Shown here: piece after piece, positions 17,770-26,902 of the stretch | Layout of the letters: every line of letters begins with the position of its first letter | Position numbering within the stretch: the stretch's first letter is position 1 | Assembly (NCBI GenBank): GCA_964353405.1 | Contig: CAYGWJ010000337.1 | Coordinates: 1-52,182, forward strand | Length of the DNA: 52,182 nucleotides | Direction of reading: 5' to 3' | From: an uncultured Anaerolineae bacterium | GTDB taxonomy: Bacteria > Chloroflexota > Anaerolineae > Fen-1058 | Position numbers and translations under genes: made by a program | The notes under the pieces: generated by a model | The model's database searches: none | Seen by the model: only the letters and a program-made list of their open reading frames with translations | Told to the model about the DNA's origin: nothing

Positions 17770-18705
17770 TCAACTTTCTACCGGTACAGGGACCGTGTCC
17801 ACGATTTCAGTGATAATATCCTCTGGCTTCCGGCCACGCAGGCGCACTTGGGGTTGGATGAGGATGCGGTGCGTGAGGACGTAGGGCGCGAGTATTTTGA
17901 TGTCGTCCGGCACGACAAAGGCTCGACCATGGATTGCGGCCCACGCTTGCGCGCTGTGATAGAGCGCCATCGTTCCGCGCGGGCTGGCGCCTAACGAGAC
18001 TTCGGAATGTCCGCGCGTGGCGCGCGTGATGGCGACGGCGTAATTCCGCACGCTGGCTTCGACGCGGATTTCGCGCACTTGATTTTGCATCGCCAACAGT
18101 TCGTCCGTCGTCACGACGGGCGAGAGCTTTTCCAGCGGGTCAGTCCGCTCAAAGCGGAGCAGGATGGCATTCTCTTCGTCCTGTGTCGGGTAGCCGATAG
18201 GCAGCTTGATGAGAAAGCGATCCACCTGCGCTTCGGGCAGTGGAAACGTGCCTTCCAGCTCGATAGGGTTTTGCGTCGCCAACACCAGAAAAGGACGCGG
18301 CAAGTGCTTGGTATCGCCGTCTACCGTCACCTGGCGTTCCTGCATCGCTTCCAGCAGCGCGGATTGTGTGCGCGGTGTAGCGCGGTTGATCTCGTCGGCC
18401 AACAAGAGTTGCGAGAAAACCGGCCCGGCGCGAAATTCCCACTCTTGATTCTTTTGGTTGAAATAGTTGATGCCGGTCACGTCGCTGGGCAACAGGTCGG
18501 GCGTGAACTGGATGCGGCGGAACGTGCAGCCCAGGCTGGCGGCGATGGATTTGGCGAGCGTCGTCTTGCCGATGCCGGGCACGTCCTCGATGAGAATGTG
18601 ACCCTCACACAATACGGCGACAAGTGCCAGGTTGATCTGCTCGTCCTTGCCGACGATGACTTGCTGGATGTTTTCGCGCGCGCGTTGCATGGATTCAGCG
18701 ATCAT
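17770..18705 (-). CDS. moxR: MoxR-family AAA+ ATPase
   Basis: EDVPGIGKT, RIQFTPDLLPSD, DEINRATPRTQSALLEAMQE, ATQNPIE.GTFPLPEAQ.DRF. Confidence 0.96.
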   Translation of the reverse strand: MIAESMQRARENIQQVIVGKDEQINLALVAVLCEGHILIEDVPGIGKTTLAKSIAASLGCTFRRIQFTPDLLPSDVTGINYFNQKNQEWEFRAGPVFSQLLLADEINRATPRTQSALLEAMQERQVTVDGDTKHLPRPFLVLATQNPIELEGTFPLPEAQVDRFLIKLPIGYPTQDEENAILLRFERTDPLEKLSPVVTTDELLAMQNQVREIRVEASVRNYAVAITRATRGHSEVSLGASPRGTMALYHSAQAWAAIHGRAFVVPDDIKILAPYVLTHRILIQPQVRLRGRKPEDIITEIVDTVPVPVES

Positions 18706-19054
18706 GGTTGTCCTTTCGATGACCGTCTATCGTATTGGCTTGACCAAGCTAAACTTGCTCTTGACTACCGTGGGCTAGAGCTTGTTGATGTGGTCGTAGG
18801 CAGCAGCGTGCTGCGCTATATCGTCAATGACAATCTGGCGGTTGGCTGCGTCCAGCAGGTAGGGGATGCGAAAGAGTTACGTTCTCATTCATGGGCGAGT
18901 CTCCTCGAGATGGTCCTCTCTACACTCAACGTGGAAACGCCTACTACGATGGGTGAATGAATACCGGATGTACCTCCTCGCTTCGATTATAGCACGAATC
19001 GTTGGCGAGTGTGGTATAATCGCGCCGCGCGATGCGCCTAGAAAGAAGACTCTT

Positions 19055-21940
19055 TTGAATCGAATCTATGTTGCTCTTGACCTCGAAACGACCGGCCTTG
19101 ATCCACAGCGTGATAGCATCTTGGAAATTGGCGCGGTCAAGTTTCGGGGCGACGAAATCCTTGACACGTTTACGAGCCTGGTCAACCCAGGCCGACCGGT
19201 TCCCCTCAAGATCACAGAACTGACCGGCATTGAAGATGCGATGGTGCAGAATGCGCCCTCGTTGTGGTCGGTGTTGCCGCGCTTGTCGGCCTTTGTGCGC
19301 GACCTGCCAGTCATCGGCCACAACGTCGCGTTCGATCTGGGTTTCTTGCGCCGCCAAAAAGTGCTGCTGTCCAACGAATCGCTCGATACATTCGAATTGG
19401 CCGGCATCCTCGTCCCACACGAGGAACGCTACTCGCTGGGCAAGCTGACACAGGCGCTCGGCGTGCAGGAGCCGCAAGACCACCGCGCGCTGGGCGACGC
19501 ACAACTGGCGTATCAGTTGTTCGTCAAGCTGTTCGACCGTGCGTGCCAGATTCCCACCAGTACGCTCCAAGAGATCGTCGAGCTGAGCCAGCAAGTGCGC
19601 TGGACGCCGGGCCAATTCTTTGAGGATGCGCTCAAAGCGGCGGCGCGCGGCGCGTTCGAGGCAGGTTCCATCGGCGCGCAGATTGCGGCCAAGCAAGCGG
19701 CGCAAAAGCGCAAGACCAAAAAAGCGTCAGCCTCGAGCACGCCCATGTTCCTCCCCGCGTTGGATGCCAAGCCGCTGCGGCCGAGCGGCGACGCTTCGCG
19801 TGTGCCGCTCGACGTGGACGCACTCGCGGCTTTGCTTGAACCAGGCGGGCCGCTCAGCCAGCAATTCCCTGGTTACGAGTTCCGCCCTCAGCAAGTGCAA
19901 ATGCTGCGCGCCGTGTCGCAGAGCTTGAACGAGGGCAGTCACGCGCTCGTCGAGGCGGGTACCGGCACTGGCAAGTCGCTGGCGTATCTATTGCCTGCCG
20001 TCCACTGGGCCCACGCAAACGGTCAGCGTGTCGTCGTCAGCACCAATACGATCAATTTGCAAGAGCAGCTCTATCACAAAGACTTGCCTGACCTGGCGCG
20101 CATCCTGTCGTTCGAGTTTCAGGCTGCTGTGCTCAAAGGCCGCAGCCATTATCTCTGCGCTTCGCGGCTCAAGGCGCTCAGGCACGCCGGGCCGGCCTCG
20201 CCGGAAGAAATGCGGGTACTGTGCAAAGTGTTGCTGTGGCTGCCCGGCACCGTCACGGGCGATGGCGACGAGTTGTTCATACCCAACCCGGTTGAACGCG
20301 CCGTCTGGTCGCGCTTGAGCGCTGATAACGAAGCCTGCACGCCGGAACGCTGCGCGGCCGCTCAGCGCGGCGAGTGTTTCTTTTATCGCGCGCGCAGGGC
20401 CGCCGAGTCCGCGCACGTCATTATCGTCAATCATGCGCTGCTGCTGGCCGACATCGCCGTGGACAACCGCGCGCTGCCGGAATACGACTACCTCATCGTG
20501 GACGAAGCGCATCACCTTGAAGGCGCCACGACGCAACAGCTCAGCTTCTCGGTGGATCGCAATGGGATGCAGCGGCTGCTGGCCGACATTGGCAAGGTGG
20601 GCGAGGGGAAGCGCGCACCTGGGTTGCTGGCCGATCTGATCGGCCGGGTCCGCCACGCTGTGCCCGATGAGCTCGCGCGCCCGGTAGAGTCGTTCGTGAA
20701 CCAGGCGGCCAAGACGGTAGAGGGCTTGATGCGCCAGTCGGATGATTTGTTTGATCAGGTAGCGCAATTTGTCGAAAGCGCGAAGGAAGACAATGGCGGT
20801 GAGTATTCGTTCAAGTTGAGACTCGTTCCTGCCGTTCGCGCGCAGCCCGCGTGGTCATCCATCGAGGTCGCGTGCGACAATCTGGGCAAAGGTTTGTTCG
20901 CGGTCGCGGATAGCCTGGCACGTCTGGGACAGGCGTTGAACGATCTGGACGAATACGACATTCCCGATGCCCAGGATTTGCTGGCGCGTGTTTTGGGTTC
21001 GCGTCGAGAAGTGGCAAAAGTGCGCGAGCAACTCTACGCGATTCTGTGCGAGCCCGAGTCGTCGGGCATTTACTGGGCCGAGCTAGCCTCGGATCAAAAC
21101 GGTGGATGGCGCGGCGGCAATCGGCTGCTCTCATTGCATTCGGCGCCACTGCATGTCGGGCCGCTGGTGGAGAAGCATCTATTCAAGAGCAAGAAATCGG
21201 TGGTGATGACTTCGGCTACGCTGCGGACCGGTGGAACGTTTGACTTTATCAAGGAACGCCTGCACGCCTGGGACGCGGACGAGTTGTCGGTTGGCTCGCC
21301 GTTCGATTTCAAGCGCTCGACCCTGTTGTACCTGGTGGCCGATGTGCCGGAGCCGGGCGCGCAAGGTTATCAACGCGCGTTGGAGCAGGGATTGATTTCG
21401 CTCTGCCGCGCGATGGGAGGCCGGACGCTGGTGCTGTTCCCCTCCTATAGCCAACTGCGTGCCACGAACAAAGCTCTCGCGCCCGCGCTGGTAAAAGACG
21501 ATGTCACAGTGTACGAGCAGAGTGACGGCTCCTCACGGCGGCAACTGCTGGAGAATTTCAAGAACGCCGAGCGGGGAGTGTTGCTGGGGACGCGCTCTTT
21601 CTGGGAGGGCGTAGACGTGCCGGGTGAGGCGCTTTCATGTCTAGCCATCGTGCGTCTGCCTTTTGCCGTCCCGACCGACCCGGTTTTTGCTGCACGCAGC
21701 GAGACGTTCGACCAGGCGTTCACGGAATACTCGGTACCGGATGCCATTCTTCGTTTTCGCCAGGGCTTTGGCCGCCTCATCCGCACTGCCACCGACCGGG
21801 GTGTGGTGGTCGTCTTTGACCGGCGGCTCCTCACCAAGACTTATGGGCAGACGTTTCTCAAATCGCTGCCCGAGTGCACGGTGCGGCGCGGCACTCTATT
21901 AGAGTTGGCGGGCGCCGTTGCAGAGTGGGTAAAGCGTTGA
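19055..21940 (+). CDS. dinG: DinG-family helicase with N-terminal DEDDh 3'-5' exonuclease
   Basis: ALDLETTG/HNVAFD/HRALGDA exonuclease motifs; EAGTGTGKS, DEAH, four Fe-S-type Cys, SATL, FWEGVD, QGFGRLIR. TTG start downstream of TGGTATAAT (19012-19020). Confidence 0.93.
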   Translation: MNRIYVALDLETTGLDPQRDSILEIGAVKFRGDEILDTFTSLVNPGRPVPLKITELTGIEDAMVQNAPSLWSVLPRLSAFVRDLPVIGHNVAFDLGFLRRQKVLLSNESLDTFELAGILVPHEERYSLGKLTQALGVQEPQDHRALGDAQLAYQLFVKLFDRACQIPTSTLQEIVELSQQVRWTPGQFFEDALKAAARGAFEAGSIGAQIAAKQAAQKRKTKKASASSTPMFLPALDAKPLRPSGDASRVPLDVDALAALLEPGGPLSQQFPGYEFRPQQVQMLRAVSQSLNEGSHALVEAGTGTGKSLAYLLPAVHWAHANGQRVVVSTNTINLQEQLYHKDLPDLARILSFEFQAAVLKGRSHYLCASRLKALRHAGPASPEEMRVLCKVLLWLPGTVTGDGDELFIPNPVERAVWSRLSADNEACTPERCAAAQRGECFFYRARRAAESAHVIIVNHALLLADIAVDNRALPEYDYLIVDEAHHLEGATTQQLSFSVDRNGMQRLLADIGKVGEGKRAPGLLADLIGRVRHAVPDELARPVESFVNQAAKTVEGLMRQSDDLFDQVAQFVESAKEDNGGEYSFKLRLVPAVRAQPAWSSIEVACDNLGKGLFAVADSLARLGQALNDLDEYDIPDAQDLLARVLGSRREVAKVREQLYAILCEPESSGIYWAELASDQNGGWRGGNRLLSLHSAPLHVGPLVEKHLFKSKKSVVMTSATLRTGGTFDFIKERLHAWDADELSVGSPFDFKRSTLLYLVADVPEPGAQGYQRALEQGLISLCRAMGGRTLVLFPSYSQLRATNKALAPALVKDDVTVYEQSDGSSRRQLLENFKNAERGVLLGTRSFWEGVDVPGEALSCLAIVRLPFAVPTDPVFAARSETFDQAFTEYSVPDAILRFRQGFGRLIRTATDRGVVVVFDRRLLTKTYGQTFLKSLPECTVRRGTLLELAGAVAEWVKR

Positions 21941-21999
21941 ACGCAATACGGGCTGCGTGATGGAATGCGCAGCCCGTATCACGTTTAACGGATGTGACT

Positions 22000-23301
22000 C
22001 TAATGCGCCTGGCTGGCCGAGGGCTGCTTGAAATACTCGATGGCAAAAGCCGCCATCACGCCGACGAGCAACCCCAGCGCCGCTGCAACGGCTGTGTTCG
22101 TGAGCCGCTTGGCGCTGACAGGTTTGTCGGGCACGGCGGCGGCGCTCGCCAACCTCACTCGCCCGGATGTATCCTGTGCGGCGATGCGCGTTTCCCCAAC
22201 TTTCTGGGCCAGGGTTGTGTAGACACTCTGGGCCAAGTCACGCTGGCGAGTCAAGCGCGCCTCTTCGGTCTTGGCCTCCTGAATCCGTCCCTGCAAAACT
22301 TTGATTTCGGTTGGCAGCAACTCTGCCTGTTGCTTGACCTCGGTCTGCTTGGCCTCGATGGTCTTGGCCAGGTCAGCCATGTACGCAGCCTGTTGGCCGA
22401 CGGTCTTGTTCGATAGACTGCCGGCGCCTGCCAATTGCAGTTGAATGGGGATATTCGACGGAACAGAGATGTCCGACGGAATGGGGATGTTCGACTGTGC
22501 ATTATTCAGGGCGTTGACTTGCAACAGCAGCGCTGACAGGTCCTCGCCCAGCGCGGACTGGTCTCCCGCCGGTTGACGCGAAAGTTGGTCTTGCAGGCTG
22601 CGTACGTTTTGCAGCAGCAACTTGAGTGATTCGTTCAAGCTGAGGTAATGGGCGAACGCGTCTTGCTTGGCAGTGAGTTGCGCTTGAAGGACCGTTGCAT
22701 CGTTGCGCTTTTGAAAGTCAACCAGGGCCTGGTCGGCTTTGTCCAGGTCACGCTGGGCTTGCTCCAACTGGGTTTCGAAAAATTTGAGCTGCTCGCCCGA
22801 CTGGCCGTACAGGTCGTTGATCTGCCGGACATACAGGCTGGCCCAGGTATTGGCGATCTTGGTCGTTCGCTGCGGGTCACTGTTGTTGGCAGTCAGGTTG
22901 ACGATCGAAGGATCATTCCCGGTTTTAGCTTTGACAGTTTCTCTGATCGCGGTCAGCGTCCGCTCTTTGGGCGGCAGGTCATTGCCGACGGCGTCAATGA
23001 CCTGTTGAAGCAGCGAGTCGCTCGTGGCCAAGTCCAGCGCAGCTTTGCCCGTGAGAAGCTGCTGTGCATTGGCATTATCCAGGTTCTGAATCTGTGGCGA
23101 AAACTGGAGCTGGTAAAGAGGCCGTGTAACCACGATCATCGCCGTGGCCTGGTAAGACGGCGGCAGGAACAAAGTGACGACAAATGCCGCCACCGCCGCA
23201 CCCACTGTCAATCCCGCAATCAGACGCCAGAAACGGATCAGGATATTGATGTAAACCCGCAGGTCAATTTCGTCTTCCACGTCATCTCCAAAAGTGCCCA
23301 T
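22000..23301 (-). CDS. Wzz/GumC-like polysaccharide chain-length determinant
   Basis: EDEIDLR N-terminus, TM, PPSYQATA, long coiled coil, AAVPDKPV plus C-terminal TM; no kinase domain. Confidence 0.85.
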   Translation of the reverse strand: MGTFGDDVEDEIDLRVYINILIRFWRLIAGLTVGAAVAAFVVTLFLPPSYQATAMIVVTRPLYQLQFSPQIQNLDNANAQQLLTGKAALDLATSDSLLQQVIDAVGNDLPPKERTLTAIRETVKAKTGNDPSIVNLTANNSDPQRTTKIANTWASLYVRQINDLYGQSGEQLKFFETQLEQAQRDLDKADQALVDFQKRNDATVLQAQLTAKQDAFAHYLSLNESLKLLLQNVRSLQDQLSRQPAGDQSALGEDLSALLLQVNALNNAQSNIPIPSDISVPSNIPIQLQLAGAGSLSNKTVGQQAAYMADLAKTIEAKQTEVKQQAELLPTEIKVLQGRIQEAKTEEARLTRQRDLAQSVYTTLAQKVGETRIAAQDTSGRVRLASAAAVPDKPVSAKRLTNTAVAAALGLLVGVMAAFAIEYFKQPSASQAH

Positions 23302-23324
23302 CCAGCGACGGGCACTCGCTTTTT

Positions 23325-23930
23325 CTAAAACAGACTGAGTTGTTCGGCTTCTGGAGGCGGCGGCTCGCTGTTTTCCATTTGCTCGAACTCGGCCAGGATG
23401 TCCGGCAGCTTGCCAAAGTCTGCTTCCACATCTTTGCGGAGCGAAGGCTGATGCAGCGCGGCGGCCGGGTGAAACATCGGTACGATGAGCCGCCCATCTA
23501 TCTTGCGGGGCTGGCCATGAATTGCGCTGATTTTGGCGTTGGGGAACCAGCGGGCCATCGAGTAACGCCCCAGCGTAACGACGACCTGAGGGTTGATCAG
23601 CTCGATCTGCCGGTCGAGGTAGGCCCGGCAGGCTTCGATCTCTTCGGGCATAGGGTCGCGATTACCGGGCGGGCGGCACTTGACCACGTTGGCGATGAAC
23701 ACCTCCTCGCGCTTCATACCGATGCCGGCCAGCAGCTCTTCGAGGAACTGCCCGGCCGCGCCCACAAACGGGCGGCCCTGCTTGTCTTCGTGAAAGCCCG
23801 GCCCTTCGCCCACGAACAGGATTTGCGCGTTCTCCGGGCCTTCGCCGGGCACGGCTTTGGTCCGTGATTTGCTCAAGATACACTTGGTGCAGGCGGCAAC
23901 TTGTTCGGCCAGTTTGGACAGTTCTGACAT
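23325..23930 (-). CDS. udg: Family-4 uracil-DNA glycosylase (4Fe-4S)
   Basis: CTKC, GEGPG, GRPFVG, NVVKCRPPGNRDP, FHPAA. Confidence 0.95.
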   Translation of the reverse strand: MSELSKLAEQVAACTKCILSKSRTKAVPGEGPENAQILFVGEGPGFHEDKQGRPFVGAAGQFLEELLAGIGMKREEVFIANVVKCRPPGNRDPMPEEIEACRAYLDRQIELINPQVVVTLGRYSMARWFPNAKISAIHGQPRKIDGRLIVPMFHPAAALHQPSLRKDVEADFGKLPDILAEFEQMENSEPPPPEAEQLSLF

Positions 23931-23933
23931 GGA

Positions 23934-24566
23934 TTATCCTTGCTTGGCTCCGCACGCTGGGCAGAACCTGGCGGAGGCCGGCATCTTTTCACCGCACTCG
24001 GTGCAGTGCTTTTCGGAAACGACCGGCTTGCCGCATTCGGGGCAGAACTTGCCGCCGGTCAACTTGGCGCCGCAGTTGGGGCAGGCGCCGACGACGTTCT
24101 TTTCAAATTTCTCTTTGGTCACATACGTGGCTTCCCGCGCCACGTTCCGCGCTTGCTCGACGGCGGCTTCTTCCTGTGCCACGGCATACTCTTCTTCCAG
24201 GTCAGGCGCGCAATCTTTGCACAAGCCACGCTCATTGTTCCAGCAAATCTCGCGGCACACCCACTTGCCGCAGCGCTTGCATTGGTTAAAATTAGGTTTG
24301 GCTTCTTGCACCGCCGTGTTGAAGGCATCGTCGCGAGCCTTTTGCCATCCGGCGGAATGGACACGGTGTGCGGCATCGGCCGCGTTTCCGAGCAGTCCCC
24401 CGAACAGCCCTGAAGCTACGTCCAGCGCGTCGGTAACGATTCCGCTGGCGGTAGGCTGGAAGCGCGTCGTGTAGCCATTGCCGCACTTGTCGCAAAAGAA
24501 CTCGAACTGGAACCCCCGGTCGGTGCTGTGGTCAGAGTGGTTGTGGGTAAACTGAATCAGCGGCAT
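23934..24566 (-). CDS. Double zinc-ribbon protein
   Basis: Multiple CxxC pairs (CDKC, CKRC, CKDC, CPNC, CPEC, CTEC, CPAC); GAGGAG RBS. Confidence 0.88.
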   Translation of the reverse strand: MPLIQFTHNHSDHSTDRGFQFEFFCDKCGNGYTTRFQPTASGIVTDALDVASGLFGGLLGNAADAAHRVHSAGWQKARDDAFNTAVQEAKPNFNQCKRCGKWVCREICWNNERGLCKDCAPDLEEEYAVAQEEAAVEQARNVAREATYVTKEKFEKNVVGACPNCGAKLTGGKFCPECGKPVVSEKHCTECGEKMPASARFCPACGAKQG

Positions 24567-24601
24567 GCTTCATTCTCCTCTTTCAAAGAGTCGGGGCAAG
24601 A

Positions 24602-25225
24602 TTATAGCGGTGCCGCCGCCTTTTGTCCAGCAGGGCGCTTGACTCCGGCGCGCAAGCGCATCCAGAGCGCTTCTTGCAGGCGGGCGAATTTACGCCGGTA
24701 TTCCTCGCCCGCCACGCCTTCGACCGTCATGATGTGAGCGTCCTCGTCGTTGTCGCGATAGTAACGCGGCCGGGTGCCGGTGATGACAAAGCCATATTTG
24801 CGGTAGAGGTTTTGGGCCACGGTGTTTGTGACGCGCACTTCGAGTGTCGCCATCACTGCTTTCATGCCCAGCGCCTGTTCGATCATGGCCGTGAGCAAAA
24901 GCTCGCCCAATCCCCGCCCGCACCACTTTTTTGCAACGGCAAGTGTGCTGATGTGCGCTTCGTCGGCGATGAGCCAAAAGCCGCCGTAGCCGACGATCGG
25001 GGGCGAGGTAGGCCGTAGCATGCGCTTCCACCAGGCCTGTGCGTCCGAACCCTGGACTCGCGAGCGGATGACCATGTAATGCGAGTTCTTGTTCTCGGTT
25101 AGCTCGTGGCGGTAGGTGTAGCTCGACCACGGCAATGGGAACGATTCGCGCTCGATCACCATGATGGCCGGGACGTCATCCCAGCGCATGGGTTGGACGA
25201 TGTAAGGGAGTTGGCCGTTGCCCAT
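24602..25225 (-). CDS. rimI: Ribosomal protein S18 alanine N-acetyltransferase
   Basis: ESFPLPWS, EAHISTLAV, LEVRVTN.VAQNLY.KYGF, RPRYYRDNDEDAHIM; follows tsaB. Confidence 0.93.
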   Translation of the reverse strand: MGNGQLPYIVQPMRWDDVPAIMVIERESFPLPWSSYTYRHELTENKNSHYMVIRSRVQGSDAQAWWKRMLRPTSPPIVGYGGFWLIADEAHISTLAVAKKWCGRGLGELLLTAMIEQALGMKAVMATLEVRVTNTVAQNLYRKYGFVITGTRPRYYRDNDEDAHIMTVEGVAGEEYRRKFARLQEALWMRLRAGVKRPAGQKAAAPL

Positions 25226-25941
25226 CAAGCAGGACTCCCGAACGGCGTTTGAATGTAAATGGGAGCGAGGGTGGCCGGGTCATCGGATTCCCCACCGTAA
25301 AGTCTAGCCCAGCCCAATTCGGCCAGGAAGCCCGCGCGCCGCAAGGACGCGGCAGGCGATGCCAGTTCCACTCGCTTGCCTAACCGTTTCTGCAGTTCAT
25401 GCCGCTCCTCGGCGGAAAGCTCGCCGCACACGCGCGTGGTCTCTTGCCAATCTGCGCCCAGATCGCGCGCAGTGGTGAGCCACGCCGGGCCTTCGGCTAT
25501 CATCTCCAGCTTGCTCAGGCGATATTTGGCCGCGCACAGCCGACCGCGCCCGGCGGCCAGCACGGCCACCACAGGCGACGGTGAATCTTTCATCGCCTGT
25601 GCAATGATGTCGAGCGTGGGCACGCCGACCAGCTTGAGACCGCGCGACATGGCCAGACCTTTGGCGGCCGCCACGCCCACGCGCAAACCGGTGAACGAGC
25701 CTGGGCCGAGCGACACGGCAATGCCCGCCAAATCGTCCACGGTCGCTTCGAGCTGCGCCAGCATTCCCGAGATGCGCGGCGTCAGCTCGACGGTGTGATA
25801 GTCTTGCGACTCCCACGAAATCTCGACGCGCACACGCGCGCCATCGTGCAAGGCCAGGCTTGCGGCGCGTGTGGCGGTGTCAATGGCTAAAAGTAAACTC
25901 ATCGTCTGTACCTGTGGTGGCGCGTTCAGCTCGCGCATCAT
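25225..25941 (-). CDS. tsaB: tRNA t6A biosynthesis protein TsaB
   Basis: LLAIDTAT, GPGSFTGLRVG, LAPIY; start may be 25902. Confidence 0.95.
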   Translation of the reverse strand: MMRELNAPPQVQTMSLLLAIDTATRAASLALHDGARVRVEISWESQDYHTVELTPRISGMLAQLEATVDDLAGIAVSLGPGSFTGLRVGVAAAKGLAMSRGLKLVGVPTLDIIAQAMKDSPSPVVAVLAAGRGRLCAAKYRLSKLEMIAEGPAWLTTARDLGADWQETTRVCGELSAEERHELQKRLGKRVELASPAASLRRAGFLAELGWARLYGGESDDPATLAPIYIQTPFGSPA

Positions 25942-26438
25942 CCCCCAAACGCCGCTCGCCTAAAATTCTCCAGCAGGGTTTGATAACTTGCGCCGTGCGC
26001 TTCCATGTGGAGCATTCGGCGCATCTCGTCTATCGCCGTGAGCCGAATCCACAATCGCTCGGCGGGCAGAATGGCCTGCGCGCGCTCCGGCCATTCGATG
26101 ATGCAAACGTTGCCTCCCACCCACACGTCGTCCAGCCCCAGCGCCCACGCTTCTGCTGCGCTGGCGATGCGGTACAGGTCAACGTGGTAAAGCTTGCGCC
26201 GGTCGCCGGGGCGGCGGTATTCGTGAATGAGCGTGAAGGTGGGGCTGCGCACCGGGCCGGTCACGCCCCAGCCAGTGGCGATGCCTTGCGCCAGACAGGT
26301 CTTGCCTGCGCCCAACTCGCCTTCCAGGCAAATCCATTCGCCGCCGCGCAGCAACTCGCCCAGGCGCGTCCCCAATCGGCGCGTCTGCTCCGGGCTGCGG
26401 CTGATGAATTCGAGCGTGTTGGAATCGAGAATCGGCAT
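25938..26438 (-). CDS. tsaE: tRNA t6A biosynthesis ATPase TsaE
   Basis: LEGELGAGKT, VRSPTFTL, HVDLYR, IIEWPE. Confidence 0.96.
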   Translation of the reverse strand: MPILDSNTLEFISRSPEQTRRLGTRLGELLRGGEWICLEGELGAGKTCLAQGIATGWGVTGPVRSPTFTLIHEYRRPGDRRKLYHVDLYRIASAAEAWALGLDDVWVGGNVCIIEWPERAQAILPAERLWIRLTAIDEMRRMLHMEAHGASYQTLLENFRRAAFGG

Positions 26439-26513
26439 AGCGTCCGCGATTATACCTCTGTGTTTGCAGTGCCACAAGCCACGCCGAAAGTCCACCAGGG
26501 TCTTGGCGGTGAG

Positions 26514-26900
26514 TTAGTCCAAAGACTCGGGGCCGAACGATTCGGGCAAGAGCTGGTCGAGCGTGAACGGCCGCACGTGGCCTGCGTCATCGGCCAGCAG
26601 GATGCGCAGATGTGGGGCAAACTCGCGCAGGACCTGTCGGCATGCGCCACACGGGCTGCCGCCGTTGCGCGTGGCGATGGCGATGGCGGAAAACTCGCGC
26701 TGTCCTTCCGACACGGCCTTGACGACGGCCGTCTGCTCGGCACACAGGCACAGAGGGTACACGGCATTTTCCACGTTGCAGCCGGTAAACACCTGGCCAG
26801 ATAGGGTCAGCAGGGCTGCGCCGACGCTGTAATGCGAGTAGGGAGCATAAGCTGCCTTGCGCGCCTCTTGCGCCAGCACGACGAGTTGTTGGTCGTCCAT
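26514..26900 (-). CDS. cdd: Cytidine deaminase (homotetrameric type)
   Basis: AYAPYSHYSVGAA, GCNVENA, CAE, PCGACRQ, LLPESF. Confidence 0.96.
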   Translation of the reverse strand: MDDQQLVVLAQEARKAAYAPYSHYSVGAALLTLSGQVFTGCNVENAVYPLCLCAEQTAVVKAVSEGQREFSAIAIATRNGGSPCGACRQVLREFAPHLRILLADDAGHVRPFTLDQLLPESFGPESLD

Positions 26901-26902
26901 GA

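Noticed and set aside
19055-21940. DinG as a type IV CRISPR or defence helicase
   Set aside because: The exonuclease-DinG fusion is the standard housekeeping architecture; no csf/cas genes or array.
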